The notes: generated from the sequence alone by a model not told the origin. A DNA stretch of 35,777 nt from Actinomycetota bacterium (GCA_046724795.1 JBKOXF010000043.1:1-35777), one strand, 5' to 3'; counted from the first letter of the stretch, positions 23,647 to 33,452 are shown. A program made the numbers and translations.

Positions 23647-23659
23647 TAGGATTCCGGAC
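23647..23659 (+). promoter_or_regulatory. candidate -10 TAGGAT positioned for a leaderless methyltransferase mRNA
   Basis: gacTAGGAT-tccggac-GTG: the hexamer is at 23647..23652, followed by 7 nt and then GTG 23660. The geometry is the same as at fbiC. Confidence 0.4.
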
Positions 23660-24532
23660 GTGTTCGGATCCGCGCGCGCTCGCCTGGCCCGGCGGATCCT
23701 CCGCCTCGGGCTCATCGCGAGGGCCGCCGACCAGCACTCGGGGCCCGTCCCGGACCTCTCCGGGACGGAGAGCGTCGACACGGAATGGGGGCCGCTCTAT
23801 CTCGACGCTCGCGACGAGGTGATCCTGCCCGCGCTGCGCGAACACGGCGTGTGGGAGCCGGGGGAGACGGCGCTCCTCCGCTCGCACCTCCGCTCCAGGA
23901 TGACGTTCCTCGACGTCGGCGCGCACGTCGGCTACTACACGCTCATGGCGGCCCGGCTGGTGGAACCGGGCGGTCTGGTCATGGCGTTCGAGCCCAGCCC
24001 CCGCAACTACGAGCTCCTGCTGGCGAACGTGTGGCGCAACGGGTTGGGCAACGTCCTGTGCCATCCATGGGCGGTGAGCGACTCGAACGGGTTCGTCGAT
24101 CTGTATCTCGACGAACGGAACACTGGCGACAATCGCACGTACCGATCGGCGGAGAACCGGCCGCGAACCCGGGTTCGCACGGTGGCGCTCGATTCCCTTT
24201 CGGCCCTGCGGCCCCCCATCGACGCGGTGAAGATCGACGTGCAAGGGCCGGAGGACGCGGTGATCCGCGGGATGCGACGCCTGCTCGAGGGATCCCCGAA
24301 CGCGTTCATCACGCTCGAGTACTGGCCGTACGGGCTGCGCTCCCTGGGGCGGGACGAGCGGGCCACGCTTCGGTTCTACCGGTCGCTGGGCTACCGGGTC
24401 CAGGTGCAGAACCCGGAGGAGCCGGGGGTCGACGACATGACCGACGACGAGATCATGGCCTACTGCTCGGCGCAGGACGGGCAGCTCCACACGAACCTCG
24501 TCCTGACCCGCGACGCCGGCCGTCGCGACTGA
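23660..24532 (+). CDS. FkbM-family SAM-dependent methyltransferase
   Basis: FLDVGAHVGYYTLMAA...AFEPSPRNYELLLANV...IDAVKIDVQGPE matches FkbM-family motifs. 290 aa. Confidence 0.8.
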   Translation: MFGSARARLARRILRLGLIARAADQHSGPVPDLSGTESVDTEWGPLYLDARDEVILPALREHGVWEPGETALLRSHLRSRMTFLDVGAHVGYYTLMAARLVEPGGLVMAFEPSPRNYELLLANVWRNGLGNVLCHPWAVSDSNGFVDLYLDERNTGDNRTYRSAENRPRTRVRTVALDSLSALRPPIDAVKIDVQGPEDAVIRGMRRLLEGSPNAFITLEYWPYGLRSLGRDERATLRFYRSLGYRVQVQNPEEPGVDDMTDDEIMAYCSAQDGQLHTNLVLTRDAGRRD

Positions 24533-24540
24533 GCCGCGCG

Positions 24541-25395
24541 TCATACGGCCCGGCGCTTCCAGGACGCGAGTGCGGCTCGGACACGGAGCGCCACCCACGC
24601 GAACGGCAACAGGACCTTGCGCCATCCACTCGCGTGATGCTTCGAGAAGTACCGATAGACGCTGCGGGAGTGCTCGCGGATCATGCGCTTGGAGTTGCCG
24701 GTGGACACGCCGCGCACGTGGGTCACCTCGAGCTCCGGGGTGAACAGGACGGTCCAGCCGGCCGCTCGCATTCGGGTGCACAGGTCGGCGTCCTCCGCGT
24801 ACATGAAGTAGCCCTCGTCGAACGATCCGACCCGGTCCAGCGCCTCGCGTCGAAGGAGCATGCACGACCCGCTCACCCACGACACCTCGCGCTCGGAGGC
24901 GCGATCCCAGTCCGACATCGTGTATGCGCGCGAGAAGCGGTTGTCCGGAGCGAACGGATGGAGGAACGCGTGGCCCACGGCCTCACCGATGGAAGGAACC
25001 TTGCGCGCCGAGGGGTAGATGGACCCGTCGGGATCGCGAACGAGCGGCCCGACCACCCCGGCACCTGGGCGCTCTCCCGCGAACTTCACGAAAGCCGCAA
25101 GCGTTCCCGCGGAGACCCAGGCGTCGGGGTTGAGCACGAACACGAACGGCGCGGCTGTGGCGCGTACCCCCTGGTTGACGGCCGTCGCGAACCCCCGGTT
25201 GTCCTGGTTCTCGATGACCTGGATGCCGGCGTGTCCCTCCGCGGCAGCTCGCGAGCTCCCGTCGAGGGAAGCGTTGTCGACGACAACGACGCCGACCTCC
25301 GCGTCACCCGCGTGCTCGAACACCGAATCGATGCATCGCCGCAGGTGTTCGCCCGCGTTGTAGTTCACGATGACGACGTCGATCCCCACCGGCAC
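24541..25395 (-). CDS. wbbL: GT2 glycosyltransferase, WbbL-like rhamnosyltransferase
   Basis: VVIVNYNAGEHL...VVVDNASLDGS...NRGFATAVN...LNPDA...WVSGSCMLLRREAL...FDEGYFMYAEDADLC resembles WbbL (Rv3265c type). The start is set at GTG 25395; GTG 25389 or the longer 25494 are also possible. Confidence 0.8.
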   Translation of the reverse strand: MPVGIDVVIVNYNAGEHLRRCIDSVFEHAGDAEVGVVVVDNASLDGSSRAAAEGHAGIQVIENQDNRGFATAVNQGVRATAAPFVFVLNPDAWVSAGTLAAFVKFAGERPGAGVVGPLVRDPDGSIYPSARKVPSIGEAVGHAFLHPFAPDNRFSRAYTMSDWDRASEREVSWVSGSCMLLRREALDRVGSFDEGYFMYAEDADLCTRMRAAGWTVLFTPELEVTHVRGVSTGNSKRMIREHSRSVYRYFSKHHASGWRKVLLPFAWVALRVRAALASWKRRAV

Positions 25396-25412
25396 GGAGG
25401 AGACTCTACGAA

Positions 25413-25802
25413 CTAGCCGGTGGTCCCGGGGCCGCCGTGCGGCGTCCGGGAGACCAGGATGATCCCGGCTACGATCAGCGCGACCCCCGCCCATCGGAGT
25501 CCGGTGACGGCCTCTCCTCGGACCGCGTCATAGACCACGATCACCACGTACGTGAGCGCGGCGAACGGGTACGCGAACGAGAGCGCCGCCCTGGAGAGCA
25601 CGGCGAGCCAGACCAGCGCGGACAGGCCGAACAGGCCCAGGCCGAGCCAGACCGCTGGGACACTCGCCACGGTCCGGAACGACTCACCGTCGAAGCGGAA
25701 CGCATGCCCCGTTCGGTCGAAGAACTGGTTCATGCCGTGCTTCAGGACGATCTGTGCCGCGGCAGCCAGGGCGACCGACGCGAGGATCAACGAGACCAGC
25801 AT
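25413..25802 (-). CDS. small 4-TM EamA/SMR-like membrane protein (ArnE/ArnF-like candidate lipid-linked sugar flippase)
   Basis: ATG 25802 with GAAGGAGAG 9 nt upstream. 129 aa with four hydrophobic helices. The track ORF 25413..26300 is over-extended. Confidence 0.6.
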   Translation of the reverse strand: MLVSLILASVALAAAAQIVLKHGMNQFFDRTGHAFRFDGESFRTVASVPAVWLGLGLFGLSALVWLAVLSRAALSFAYPFAALTYVVIVVYDAVRGEAVTGLRWAGVALIVAGIILVSRTPHGGPGTTG

Positions 25803-25879
25803 CAGGCGGCTCTCCTTCGGTTCGGGATGGGTGTGTTCGATGCTCCAGTCGTGCTCGGCGCCGCCGGCCGGGGCCTGCC

Positions 25880-26899
25880 TCACGCTCGCGCCTCGATGCG
25901 CGGGACGAATAGCTCGGTCAGCTCGTCGTCGGACCGGAACACGACGTCCCGAGGACCGGCTTGCTCCGGAAGGCCGCCTACCGCGGCCACGGCTGCGGGT
26001 GTCCCGAGCAGTTGCGCTCGGGCCAGTGCGCCCGAGGACCACGAGCGTCGGTACGGGAGCACCAGGAGGTCGGCGGCGGCGATCCACGCGTCGAAGTCCT
26101 CGCTCGAGACGAACCCGTCGAGGAACGTGAGGCCCTCCTCGCCGGTCGCTTCCCGGCGGAGCATGGCCTCGTACGCCAGGTTCGGCGGCGTCCGGTCCCG
26201 GACCGATCCCACGATGACGAGCCTGCCCGGCCGGCCCGCCCGCTTCCACGTCGCGATGGCCCGCTCGAAGCCCTTGTCCGGATGCACGAACCCGGCGCAC
26301 ACGAACAAGGGAGTTCCCTCGGCGACCCCGAGCCGCGTCCTTGCCTCGGCGCGGGCGATGCTCCCCACCCTGACGCCGTCGACGTGCGGGACCAGGGTGG
26401 CGTTCGTCGAGATCCGATACGTGCGCTCGAGTTGACGGCGTTCGGCCTCAGTGTGAAACAGCAACCGGGCTCGCCGGAATGCCCATCGCAGCACCTCGGT
26501 GTCGGGGCGCCACGGCACGGGCGGACCGGCCTCGTGCACGAGGATCTCGGTCTGGGGCCGGCGGACCGTCAGCCACCACAGCGCCAGTGACGTGCACACC
26601 CTCGACACGGGCGCACGCACGCCCAGGCGGTAGTAGAGCGCGGGCTGGAAGTGCACGAGGATGCGGTCGAAGGAGCCGCCGATCCGCGCCGCCCGGAGGA
26701 AGGGTCGCCCGAGGAGGAACGGCACTCGGACATCGCCGTCGCCATCGGGCGGCGACATGACCGTGACGTCCTCGCCGTGCTCGCGAAGCGACTCCACCTG
26801 CACGCGAGCGTACTGGCCGATGCCGCAGTGCCGCGGCGGGTACGACGACACGACGAGCGTGCTCGTTCTTCTGATCGGGGGGCTAACGCTCGGCTTCAC
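25880..26899 (-). CDS. GT4/GT1-type glycosyltransferase
   Basis: 339 aa. The N-terminus, LVVSSYPPRHCGIGQYA, and the C-terminal GT-B region, LVIVGS...DLLVLPY...SGALARAQLLGTPAAV, fit the family. The start is GTG. Confidence 0.8.
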   Translation of the reverse strand: MKPSVSPPIRRTSTLVVSSYPPRHCGIGQYARVQVESLREHGEDVTVMSPPDGDGDVRVPFLLGRPFLRAARIGGSFDRILVHFQPALYYRLGVRAPVSRVCTSLALWWLTVRRPQTEILVHEAGPPVPWRPDTEVLRWAFRRARLLFHTEAERRQLERTYRISTNATLVPHVDGVRVGSIARAEARTRLGVAEGTPLFVCAGFVHPDKGFERAIATWKRAGRPGRLVIVGSVRDRTPPNLAYEAMLRREATGEEGLTFLDGFVSSEDFDAWIAAADLLVLPYRRSWSSGALARAQLLGTPAAVAAVGGLPEQAGPRDVVFRSDDELTELFVPRIEARA

Positions 26900-26951
26900 G
26901 CGCCGATCTCCATGCTCCGTCCGGCCTCGCTCTTGAGCCCCCGGAATCCCC

Positions 26952-28151
26952 TCACAGCTCCTCCACTTCGACGTCGACGGGCGTGTAGACCTCGCCGGGG
27001 TCGTACCCCTCGTGGCGGACCTCGAACGACAGCGCCTGCTCCCACACGTGGTAGATCCTCCGCTCGTCTCGGGAGTGCACCGCGACCGCCACCGAGTACC
27101 GCCCCCGGGTCATGGGCACGTTCCGGAGCCGGAACCGGATCCGCCGCTTGCCCTCGAAGGGCGCGATGTCCACGCCGAGGACGCCGCTGTTCGCCCGGAA
27201 GATCGTCCGGTTCTCGTGGTCGTAGAGGGCGATCACCGCGACGACGTCGTCCACCGGCGATGGCGACCGGACGTCGGCTTGGATGATGATGGTTTCGCCG
27301 GGCGTGACCGGCGCGCCAGGCGCATCGGCCTCCCGGATCAGATCGGTGGAAACGATCTCCATCTCGCGGGTCCCCCACTGCCGCCCCTCCTCGACGGTGT
27401 GTCGGAGGTTTTCCCGACGGAACGCACGCACGACCTCCTCGGGGTTCCCCCGTGCGTGGACCCGCCCGTGATCGAGCATCATGGCCTCGTCGCAGATCTG
27501 CCGGACCAGGTCGACGGCGTGGGTCACGAACACGATCGTGCGCCCTTCCCGCTGGAACTGCCGAACCCGGTCCAGGCACTTGCGCTGGAAGACCTCGTCG
27601 CCGACGGCGAGAACCTCGTCGACGAGGAGCACGGCGGGATCGACGTGAACGGCCACCGCGAAGCCCAGCCGGACGAACATGCCCGACGAGTAGAACTTCA
27701 CTTGGTTGTCGATGAACTCCTCGAGCTCGGCGAAGGCGACCACGTTGTCGAAGATCCGGTCGGTCTCCTTGTGCGACAGGCCGAGGATCGACGCGTTCAG
27801 GTAGACGTTCTCACGGCCGGTGAGCTCGGGATGGAAGCCGGCCCCGAGCTCGAGCAGCGCGGCGATGCGGCCTCGCGAGACCACGCGCCCCTCGTTCGGA
27901 CGGAGGATGCCGCCGATGATCTTCAAGAGCGTGGTCTTGCCCGAGCCGTTGTGGCCGATGAGCCCGAACATCGCGCCCTCGCGGACCTCGAGGTCGACGT
28001 CCCGGAGGGCCCAGAACTCCTCCGACGTCGTGCGGGGCCGGAGGAACCGCTGCTTGACCGATGTGGGCCGCTCGTGGAACAGCCGGAACTTCTTCCCGAT
28101 CCCCGTCGCCTCGATCGCGCAGCCAGGCTTGATGGTCGCCGAGCTCGTCAC
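26952..28151 (-). CDS. wzt: polysaccharide-export ABC transporter ATP-binding protein with C-terminal extension (Wzt/TagH type)
   Basis: Walker A GHNGSGKTT, signature YSSGMFVRLGF and Walker B VLLVDEVLAVGD, followed by a beta-rich C-terminal domain of about 150 aa. The GTG start overlaps the wzm stop (GTGA). Confidence 0.9.
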   Translation of the reverse strand: MTSSATIKPGCAIEATGIGKKFRLFHERPTSVKQRFLRPRTTSEEFWALRDVDLEVREGAMFGLIGHNGSGKTTLLKIIGGILRPNEGRVVSRGRIAALLELGAGFHPELTGRENVYLNASILGLSHKETDRIFDNVVAFAELEEFIDNQVKFYSSGMFVRLGFAVAVHVDPAVLLVDEVLAVGDEVFQRKCLDRVRQFQREGRTIVFVTHAVDLVRQICDEAMMLDHGRVHARGNPEEVVRAFRRENLRHTVEEGRQWGTREMEIVSTDLIREADAPGAPVTPGETIIIQADVRSPSPVDDVVAVIALYDHENRTIFRANSGVLGVDIAPFEGKRRIRFRLRNVPMTRGRYSVAVAVHSRDERRIYHVWEQALSFEVRHEGYDPGEVYTPVDVEVEEL

Positions 28152-29065
28152 AGCTCCTCCGCGAAGTCACCGGAGAGCTTGAAGAAGTGCCGCCAGAACA
28201 GATACAGGAGGAACACCGACCCGATCGCGACAGCGCCGATGACGATCGCCTCCGCACCGACGCTCGCCTGGACGAGCTGGCATTCGCGCGTGGCCCGCAC
28301 CACCGCGCCGGGGCAGACCTCTCCGTAGATCGCGCGCTGGAACCCGATCACGATGTCGGCCATGGGATTCAGGGCGAGGTACCCGTACCAGAGCCAGTCG
28401 CCGTGCGCCTGCAGCCGGTCCTGGAGGAACGCGCTCGCGTACACGATCGGCGTGAACCAGAACCACGCGAGGAGCGCGAGGCTCAACAGGTGCTGCGTGT
28501 CGCGGTACCGGACGTTCAGCGCGCCCACCCACAGCGACAGCGCGCACGTGAAGATGAACAGGGCGATGAACGAGAGCGGGAGCAGCAGGAGGTTCGTCCC
28601 GATCACGAAGTGGCCCATGGCCGCCATGAAGATCAACAGCACGATCGTCTGCAGAAAGAAGTCGACGAGCGAGGCGCCGACGGAGGCGAGCGGCAGGACC
28701 TCGCGAGGCAGGTAGACCTTCTTCACCAGGTTCGCGTTGTCGACCACCGATCGCGCCGAGAGGCCCAGCGCATTGCTGAAGAAGGTCCACGCGAGGAGGC
28801 CGGACAGGAGGTACACGGCGAAGTCGGGCGCCTTGCTCTTCAAGATCACGCCGAACACGAGCGAGAACACCGCGAGGTAGAGCAGCGGGTTCAACATGGA
28901 CCAGATCGCGCCGAGCTTCGAGGAGGTGTACTTGACCTTCACCTCCTTGCGGATGAGGTTCATCAGGATCTCGCGGTACGCCACGAGCTCCTTGATGCGC
29001 TTCCATGCGCTGGGGCGGGCCTCTTCCGACGTTCGGATCTCGTCGAGCTCAGCGGTCGCGTGCAT
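28148..29065 (-). CDS. wzm: ABC-2 type polysaccharide-export permease
   Basis: 305 aa. It has ELVAYREILMNLIRKEVKVKYTSSKLGAIWSMLNPLL, the typical Wzm/TagG N-terminus, and six hydrophobic helices. The ATG at 29065 overlaps the rmlD 3' end by 17 nt. Confidence 0.88.
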   Translation of the reverse strand: MHATAELDEIRTSEEARPSAWKRIKELVAYREILMNLIRKEVKVKYTSSKLGAIWSMLNPLLYLAVFSLVFGVILKSKAPDFAVYLLSGLLAWTFFSNALGLSARSVVDNANLVKKVYLPREVLPLASVGASLVDFFLQTIVLLIFMAAMGHFVIGTNLLLLPLSFIALFIFTCALSLWVGALNVRYRDTQHLLSLALLAWFWFTPIVYASAFLQDRLQAHGDWLWYGYLALNPMADIVIGFQRAIYGEVCPGAVVRATRECQLVQASVGAEAIVIGAVAIGSVFLLYLFWRHFFKLSGDFAEEL

Positions 29066-29888
29066 CGATGAGCTCCTTGAGCGCGATATCGAGCGGCGGC
29101 ATCGGCGCGATCCCGGTCTCGGCGAGGAAGAGTGACACCAACGCCGAGTTGCGCGGACGGGCCGCGGCGAGGCCGAGGTCCTCGACGTACTGTTCCTGCA
29201 CCTCGCCGGGCAGCCCGGCGATGGCCTTGATCCGCCACAGCAGCTCGTGGCGGGACGCGGGATGTGGACCGGCCAGGTGGAACGTGCCGAATCGACCCGT
29301 CAGGACGAGCGGGATCAACCGCGCGGCGAGGTGCTGGACGTACGTCGGCGAACCGATGCAGTCGGCGATGGCCGCCGCGTCCTGGAGGCGTGCCAGCTTG
29401 TCAACGGCTTTCGAGACGTAGTCGTCGCCGGCGCCGAACACGTACGACGTCCGCACAACGACGTGCTCGGGGAGGACGGCGCGGATCCGTTCCTCGCCGC
29501 CGAGCTTGCTTCGCCCGTACGCGCCGAGCGGTGCGGGGGCGTCGAGCTCGTCGTACGGCGTCGCCTTCTCGCCATCGAACACGTAGTCGGTCGAGACGTG
29601 GAGCAGCATCGCGCCGACGCGGCGTGCAGCGAGCGCGATGTTCCACGGGCCGATGGTATTGGCGCGGTACGCCTCGTCCAGCCAGGTCTCGCATCCGTCG
29701 ACGTCCGTCATCGCCGCGAGGTTCAGGATCGCGTCCGGCCGCACGCCGATCACGGCGCGCATCACGGCGTGATGGTCGGCAACGTCCAAGTCCGCGTGCG
29801 TGAGGGCGGCGACGTCGTGATGGCCGGGAACTTGGTCGAGAAAGGCCCTGCCCAGCCCCCCGCCGGCGCCGGTGACGAGAAGCCTCAC
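29049..29888 (-). CDS. rmlD: dTDP-4-dehydrorhamnose reductase
   Basis: MRLLVTGAGGGLG...NLAAMTDVDGCE...STDYVFDG are RmlD hallmarks. The GTG start overlaps the rmlB stop (GTGA). Confidence 0.92.
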   Translation of the reverse strand: MRLLVTGAGGGLGRAFLDQVPGHHDVAALTHADLDVADHHAVMRAVIGVRPDAILNLAAMTDVDGCETWLDEAYRANTIGPWNIALAARRVGAMLLHVSTDYVFDGEKATPYDELDAPAPLGAYGRSKLGGEERIRAVLPEHVVVRTSYVFGAGDDYVSKAVDKLARLQDAAAIADCIGSPTYVQHLAARLIPLVLTGRFGTFHLAGPHPASRHELLWRIKAIAGLPGEVQEQYVEDLGLAAARPRNSALVSLFLAETGIAPMPPLDIALKELIDARDR

Positions 29889-30838
29889 GGCGACACCCCT
29901 TGGCGGACGCGGGTCCGGTACCAGTCCACCGTCTCCGCCAGCCCGTCATCGAACGACGTCTGCGGCTCCCAGCCGAGCGCCCCGAGCTTCGACCAATCGA
30001 GCGAGTACCGGAAGTCGTGGCCGGGCCGATCCGGAACGAATTCGATCAGGGATTCCGGCGCGCCTGCCAAGGCGCACACCCGGGCCGCCAGCTCCAGGTT
30101 GGGCAGCTCGAACCCCCCGCCCACGTTGTAGACCTCGCCGGGCGAACCCGCTTCGAGCACCGCGAGGACCCCGCGGGCGAAGTCGCGGACGAACAGCCAC
30201 TCCCGGCGGTTCGTGCCGTCGCCGTACACCGGGAGGGGGAGCCGGTCCAGCGCGGCGAGCGTGTACACGGGGATGGCCTTCTCGGGATGCTGGCGCGGCC
30301 CGTACGCGTTCGTGCCTCGTGCCACCGTCACCGGAAGCCCGTACGTCACGTGGTACGAGCGACACAGCAGGTCCGCGCCGGCCTTGCTCGCGGCGTACGG
30401 GCTGTTTGGACTGAGCGGGTCCCCTTCGGTGAACCGCCCCTCCCTGCGCGAGCCGTACACCTCGTCGGTCGACACGAACAGGAGCGGTGTCGCGCCGCGC
30501 CGGCACGCCTCCAGCACCACCTGGGTGGCGAGCACGTTCGTCTCCACGAACACTCGCGAGTCGGCGATGCTTCGGTCCACGAAGGACTCGGCGGCCGCGT
30601 GGATCACGTGATCTGCCTCGGCCACGAGCGGCTCGACGAGCGACGGGTCCGCGACGTCGCCAAGCACGAAACGGAACCGCCCATCGCGCTCGTGGTTCCG
30701 GAGGTTCTCGCGGGTTCCCGCGTACGTCAGCTTGTCAAGGACGGTGACCCGCGCGTCCCCTTCGAGGAGCAGGTCGACCAGGTGCGAGCCGATGAACCCG
30801 GCCCCGCCGGTGACGAGTACGCGTGATGGGTCGGTCAT
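29885..30838 (-). CDS. rmlB: dTDP-glucose 4,6-dehydratase
   Basis: VLVTGGAGFIGSH, STDEVYG and YAASKAG (the YxxxK catalytic motif), 317 aa. Confidence 0.93.
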   Translation of the reverse strand: MTDPSRVLVTGGAGFIGSHLVDLLLEGDARVTVLDKLTYAGTRENLRNHERDGRFRFVLGDVADPSLVEPLVAEADHVIHAAAESFVDRSIADSRVFVETNVLATQVVLEACRRGATPLLFVSTDEVYGSRREGRFTEGDPLSPNSPYAASKAGADLLCRSYHVTYGLPVTVARGTNAYGPRQHPEKAIPVYTLAALDRLPLPVYGDGTNRREWLFVRDFARGVLAVLEAGSPGEVYNVGGGFELPNLELAARVCALAGAPESLIEFVPDRPGHDFRYSLDWSKLGALGWEPQTSFDDGLAETVDWYRTRVRQGVSP

Positions 30839-30906
30839 GGATCCGGGCCGAGTGTACCCGCCTCACGCACGCGAACCCGCAGGTCACCTTGCGTTTTCGT
30901 GATTCC

Positions 30907-32064
30907 TCAGGCCCGGGCCGCGTCGCGGAGGACTTCGGCGGTGCGCCGGGCCGCGTTCTCCCATCGGAACGCTCCGACCCGGGCCGCCCCGGCCTGGACG
31001 AGACGGTCGCGGAGGGACGCATCGCGAAGCAGCCGATCCATGCCGGCGGCGATCGCCTCGACGTCCGTGGGCGGGACGAGCAGCGCGGCCTCCCCAGCGA
31101 CCTCGGGGAGCGCACCCACGTCGGACGTCAGGACCGGGGTCCGGCAGGCCATCGCCTCGAGCACCGGCAAGCCGAACCCCTCGTACAGCGAGGGGTACAC
31201 GAGCGCCGCCGCCCCGGAGAGCAGTGCGACCTTGTCCTCCTCGCTCACGTACCCGGTCATGACGACGCTCCTCCGGACCTGCTCGGGGAGCTTCGCCAGC
31301 GCTTCCTTGGTGGCGTCCATGCCCTCGGGGTTCCAAGCTACCCCTCCCCCGGCAAGTACCAGCGTCGGGCGGACGTCGGCGTCGACCTCGGCGAACGCAG
31401 CCAACAGCCGAGGGAGGTTCTTCCGTGGCTCGATGCCTCCCAGGTACAGGAGGTACGGGCCGTCCACCCCGAACCGCCTGCGCGCGCGCTCAATCGCGTT
31501 CCCCGATGCCGGACGGAACCGGTCGACATCGATCCCGTGCGGGATCACGACGACGCGCTCGGGCTGCACTTTGGAGAGCTCGAGCAGATCGCGCTTCGTC
31601 GCCTCCGACACGGCGATGATCCGCGTGGCCCGCGGGACCACTTCATCCAACCGCTCCAGCCACCGCCTCGTCCCGTGCGGCGCGGTCTCCGGGAACAGCT
31701 TGAAGGCCATGTCATGGACCGTGATCACGAGGCGACGGGCGTGCGTCGGGGGCGGAAGGAAGTTCGTCGCGAAGAACACGTCGAACCGCACCAGCCACTC
31801 CACCCGCGGTGCGAACCTCGCGGCGCTCCCCTCGAACAACCTTCCCGGGATGGGCGTCCGCCGCTCCCGGAAGTTCGGCCGAGCCTGGAAGAAACGCCGC
31901 GCTCCCAGGACCGCGGACGGGTTCAAGTACCACGCGAGATACGTCGAGTACGGATCGACCTCCGGCAACAGCCGCACAAGGTGCCACGCGTAGAACCCGA
32001 TCCCGGTCTTGCGGTGGCCCACGGCCGGGCGCGCGTCGACCGCGATCCTCGGGCCCGACCTCAC
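30907..32064 (-). CDS. GT4 glycosyltransferase
   Basis: Track ORF 30907..32766 trimmed to GTG 32064..32062, which forms a GTGA overlap with the upstream phosphoesterase stop. GT-B motifs seen: [31 protein letters not shown]. Confidence 0.85.
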   Translation of the reverse strand: MRSGPRIAVDARPAVGHRKTGIGFYAWHLVRLLPEVDPYSTYLAWYLNPSAVLGARRFFQARPNFRERRTPIPGRLFEGSAARFAPRVEWLVRFDVFFATNFLPPPTHARRLVITVHDMAFKLFPETAPHGTRRWLERLDEVVPRATRIIAVSEATKRDLLELSKVQPERVVVIPHGIDVDRFRPASGNAIERARRRFGVDGPYLLYLGGIEPRKNLPRLLAAFAEVDADVRPTLVLAGGGVAWNPEGMDATKEALAKLPEQVRRSVVMTGYVSEEDKVALLSGAAALVYPSLYEGFGLPVLEAMACRTPVLTSDVGALPEVAGEAALLVPPTDVEAIAAGMDRLLRDASLRDRLVQAGAARVGAFRWENAARRTAEVLRDAARA

Positions 32065-33452
32065 AATGGATTGCTGGTCGGCGACGGGATGTTCGCGGGC
32101 CACTCCTCGGAATGGCCGATGTACTTGAACGGCGAACCCTCGCAGTTCGTCACGGGGGGCAGCGGGTCCGGCGGCCGCGGCTTCCCCTTGAAGTCGAACA
32201 CGTGCGCGAAGTTGTGCGTGTCTCGGATCCTCGGCGTCAGGTACGACAGCCCCCAGTTGTCCGCGATGAACTTCAGCGGCGACGAGAACTCGCCCTGCGC
32301 GTCGTCGATGTACCCCTTCTTGGCGTACGGCGAGATCACGAGCATCGGCACGCGGAACCCCAGTCCGATGGGATCGACCTCGGGCGGGGCGACGTGGTCG
32401 TAGAAGCCGCCCCACTCGTCCCACGTGATGAAGAGCGCGGTGTGCTTCCACGAGGGGCTCCGCATCAGCGCGTTCACGACCGAGGTCACGTAGTTGTGGG
32501 CGAAGCAGGTGCTCCACGGGGGATGGTCGGACAGCTCGAAGCGCGGCGTGATCCACGTCACGGAGGGCAGGTCGTCCTTCTCGATGTCGGTGATGACCTG
32601 ATCCACCGGACGGGTGTGTTCGTGCCACAGGTCGGTATGGAAGACCTGTCCGATGCCGTTGTACGCGTTCCAGAAGTAGCCAACCTGCCCCGGTTGCGCC
32701 GAGTAGAACGCCCAGTCGATCCCTTTCTCCAGAAGCTGTTCGCCCACCGTCTTGAAGGAGAAACACGTGTCGTGCTTGGTGAGGTAGCCGTGCTCGTCGC
32801 GGACGAACACGAAGACGTCGTCGCCGACGGCGTCACATCCCCAGCTCTTGAACACCTTCTGGCCGTCGACGGTCCCGGACTTGATGTTCTCGGGGTTGTC
32901 GAAGACCCCGCCGGACTGTCCGGCGATGGCGTAGAAGTGATTCGGGTAGGAGGGCCCCAGCGCGGAAGCGAAGAAGTTGTCGCACAGCACGTACTCCCTG
33001 GCCCATTGGTAGTAGTTCGGGATGTCCTGCTCGTCAAACTGCGAATACGCGAAATAGGGTCCGTAGATGCCCACCGCGAAGCCGTCCTGCTTCCCCCCGT
33101 TCAGGTCGGCTACCGCGGAGACGTAGTCGTGCCCGAGATCGCCGGGGAGCCACTGCGGACAGTGCTTGAGCGGAACCTCCTTGCCGTCCATGACCCCGGT
33201 GGTCGAACCGTTCGCGCCGGGGAACTTCCCGAACAGGTTGTCGAAGCTCCGGTTCTCCAGCATCAGGTAGACGACGCGCTTGATCGGCCATTGCGTGTCG
33301 ATCCTGCTGGCGCGGCTGGTGAGTTGGGGATACGGGCTGCCGCCCGTGCACGAGAACAGGACGCCTCCCGCGACCGCCATGGCCGATCGGGTGAGGAACT
33401 CGCGGCGGGACAGCCGTGGGTGAGCTTCTGGCAAGGCGCGGCATCGTATCAA
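32061..33452 (-). CDS. Tat-exported phosphoesterase-family protein (phospholipase C / AcpA-like)
   Basis: Twin-arginine motif [16 protein letters not shown] followed by a possible lipobox, [18 protein letters not shown] is the N-terminal signature of the phosphoesterase (PLC/acid phosphatase) family. The start is TTG 33452 or TTG 33434. Confidence 0.8.
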   Translation of the reverse strand: MIRCRALPEAHPRLSRREFLTRSAMAVAGGVLFSCTGGSPYPQLTSRASRIDTQWPIKRVVYLMLENRSFDNLFGKFPGANGSTTGVMDGKEVPLKHCPQWLPGDLGHDYVSAVADLNGGKQDGFAVGIYGPYFAYSQFDEQDIPNYYQWAREYVLCDNFFASALGPSYPNHFYAIAGQSGGVFDNPENIKSGTVDGQKVFKSWGCDAVGDDVFVFVRDEHGYLTKHDTCFSFKTVGEQLLEKGIDWAFYSAQPGQVGYFWNAYNGIGQVFHTDLWHEHTRPVDQVITDIEKDDLPSVTWITPRFELSDHPPWSTCFAHNYVTSVVNALMRSPSWKHTALFITWDEWGGFYDHVAPPEVDPIGLGFRVPMLVISPYAKKGYIDDAQGEFSSPLKFIADNWGLSYLTPRIRDTHNFAHVFDFKGKPRPPDPLPPVTNCEGSPFKYIGHSEEWPANIPSPTSNPL

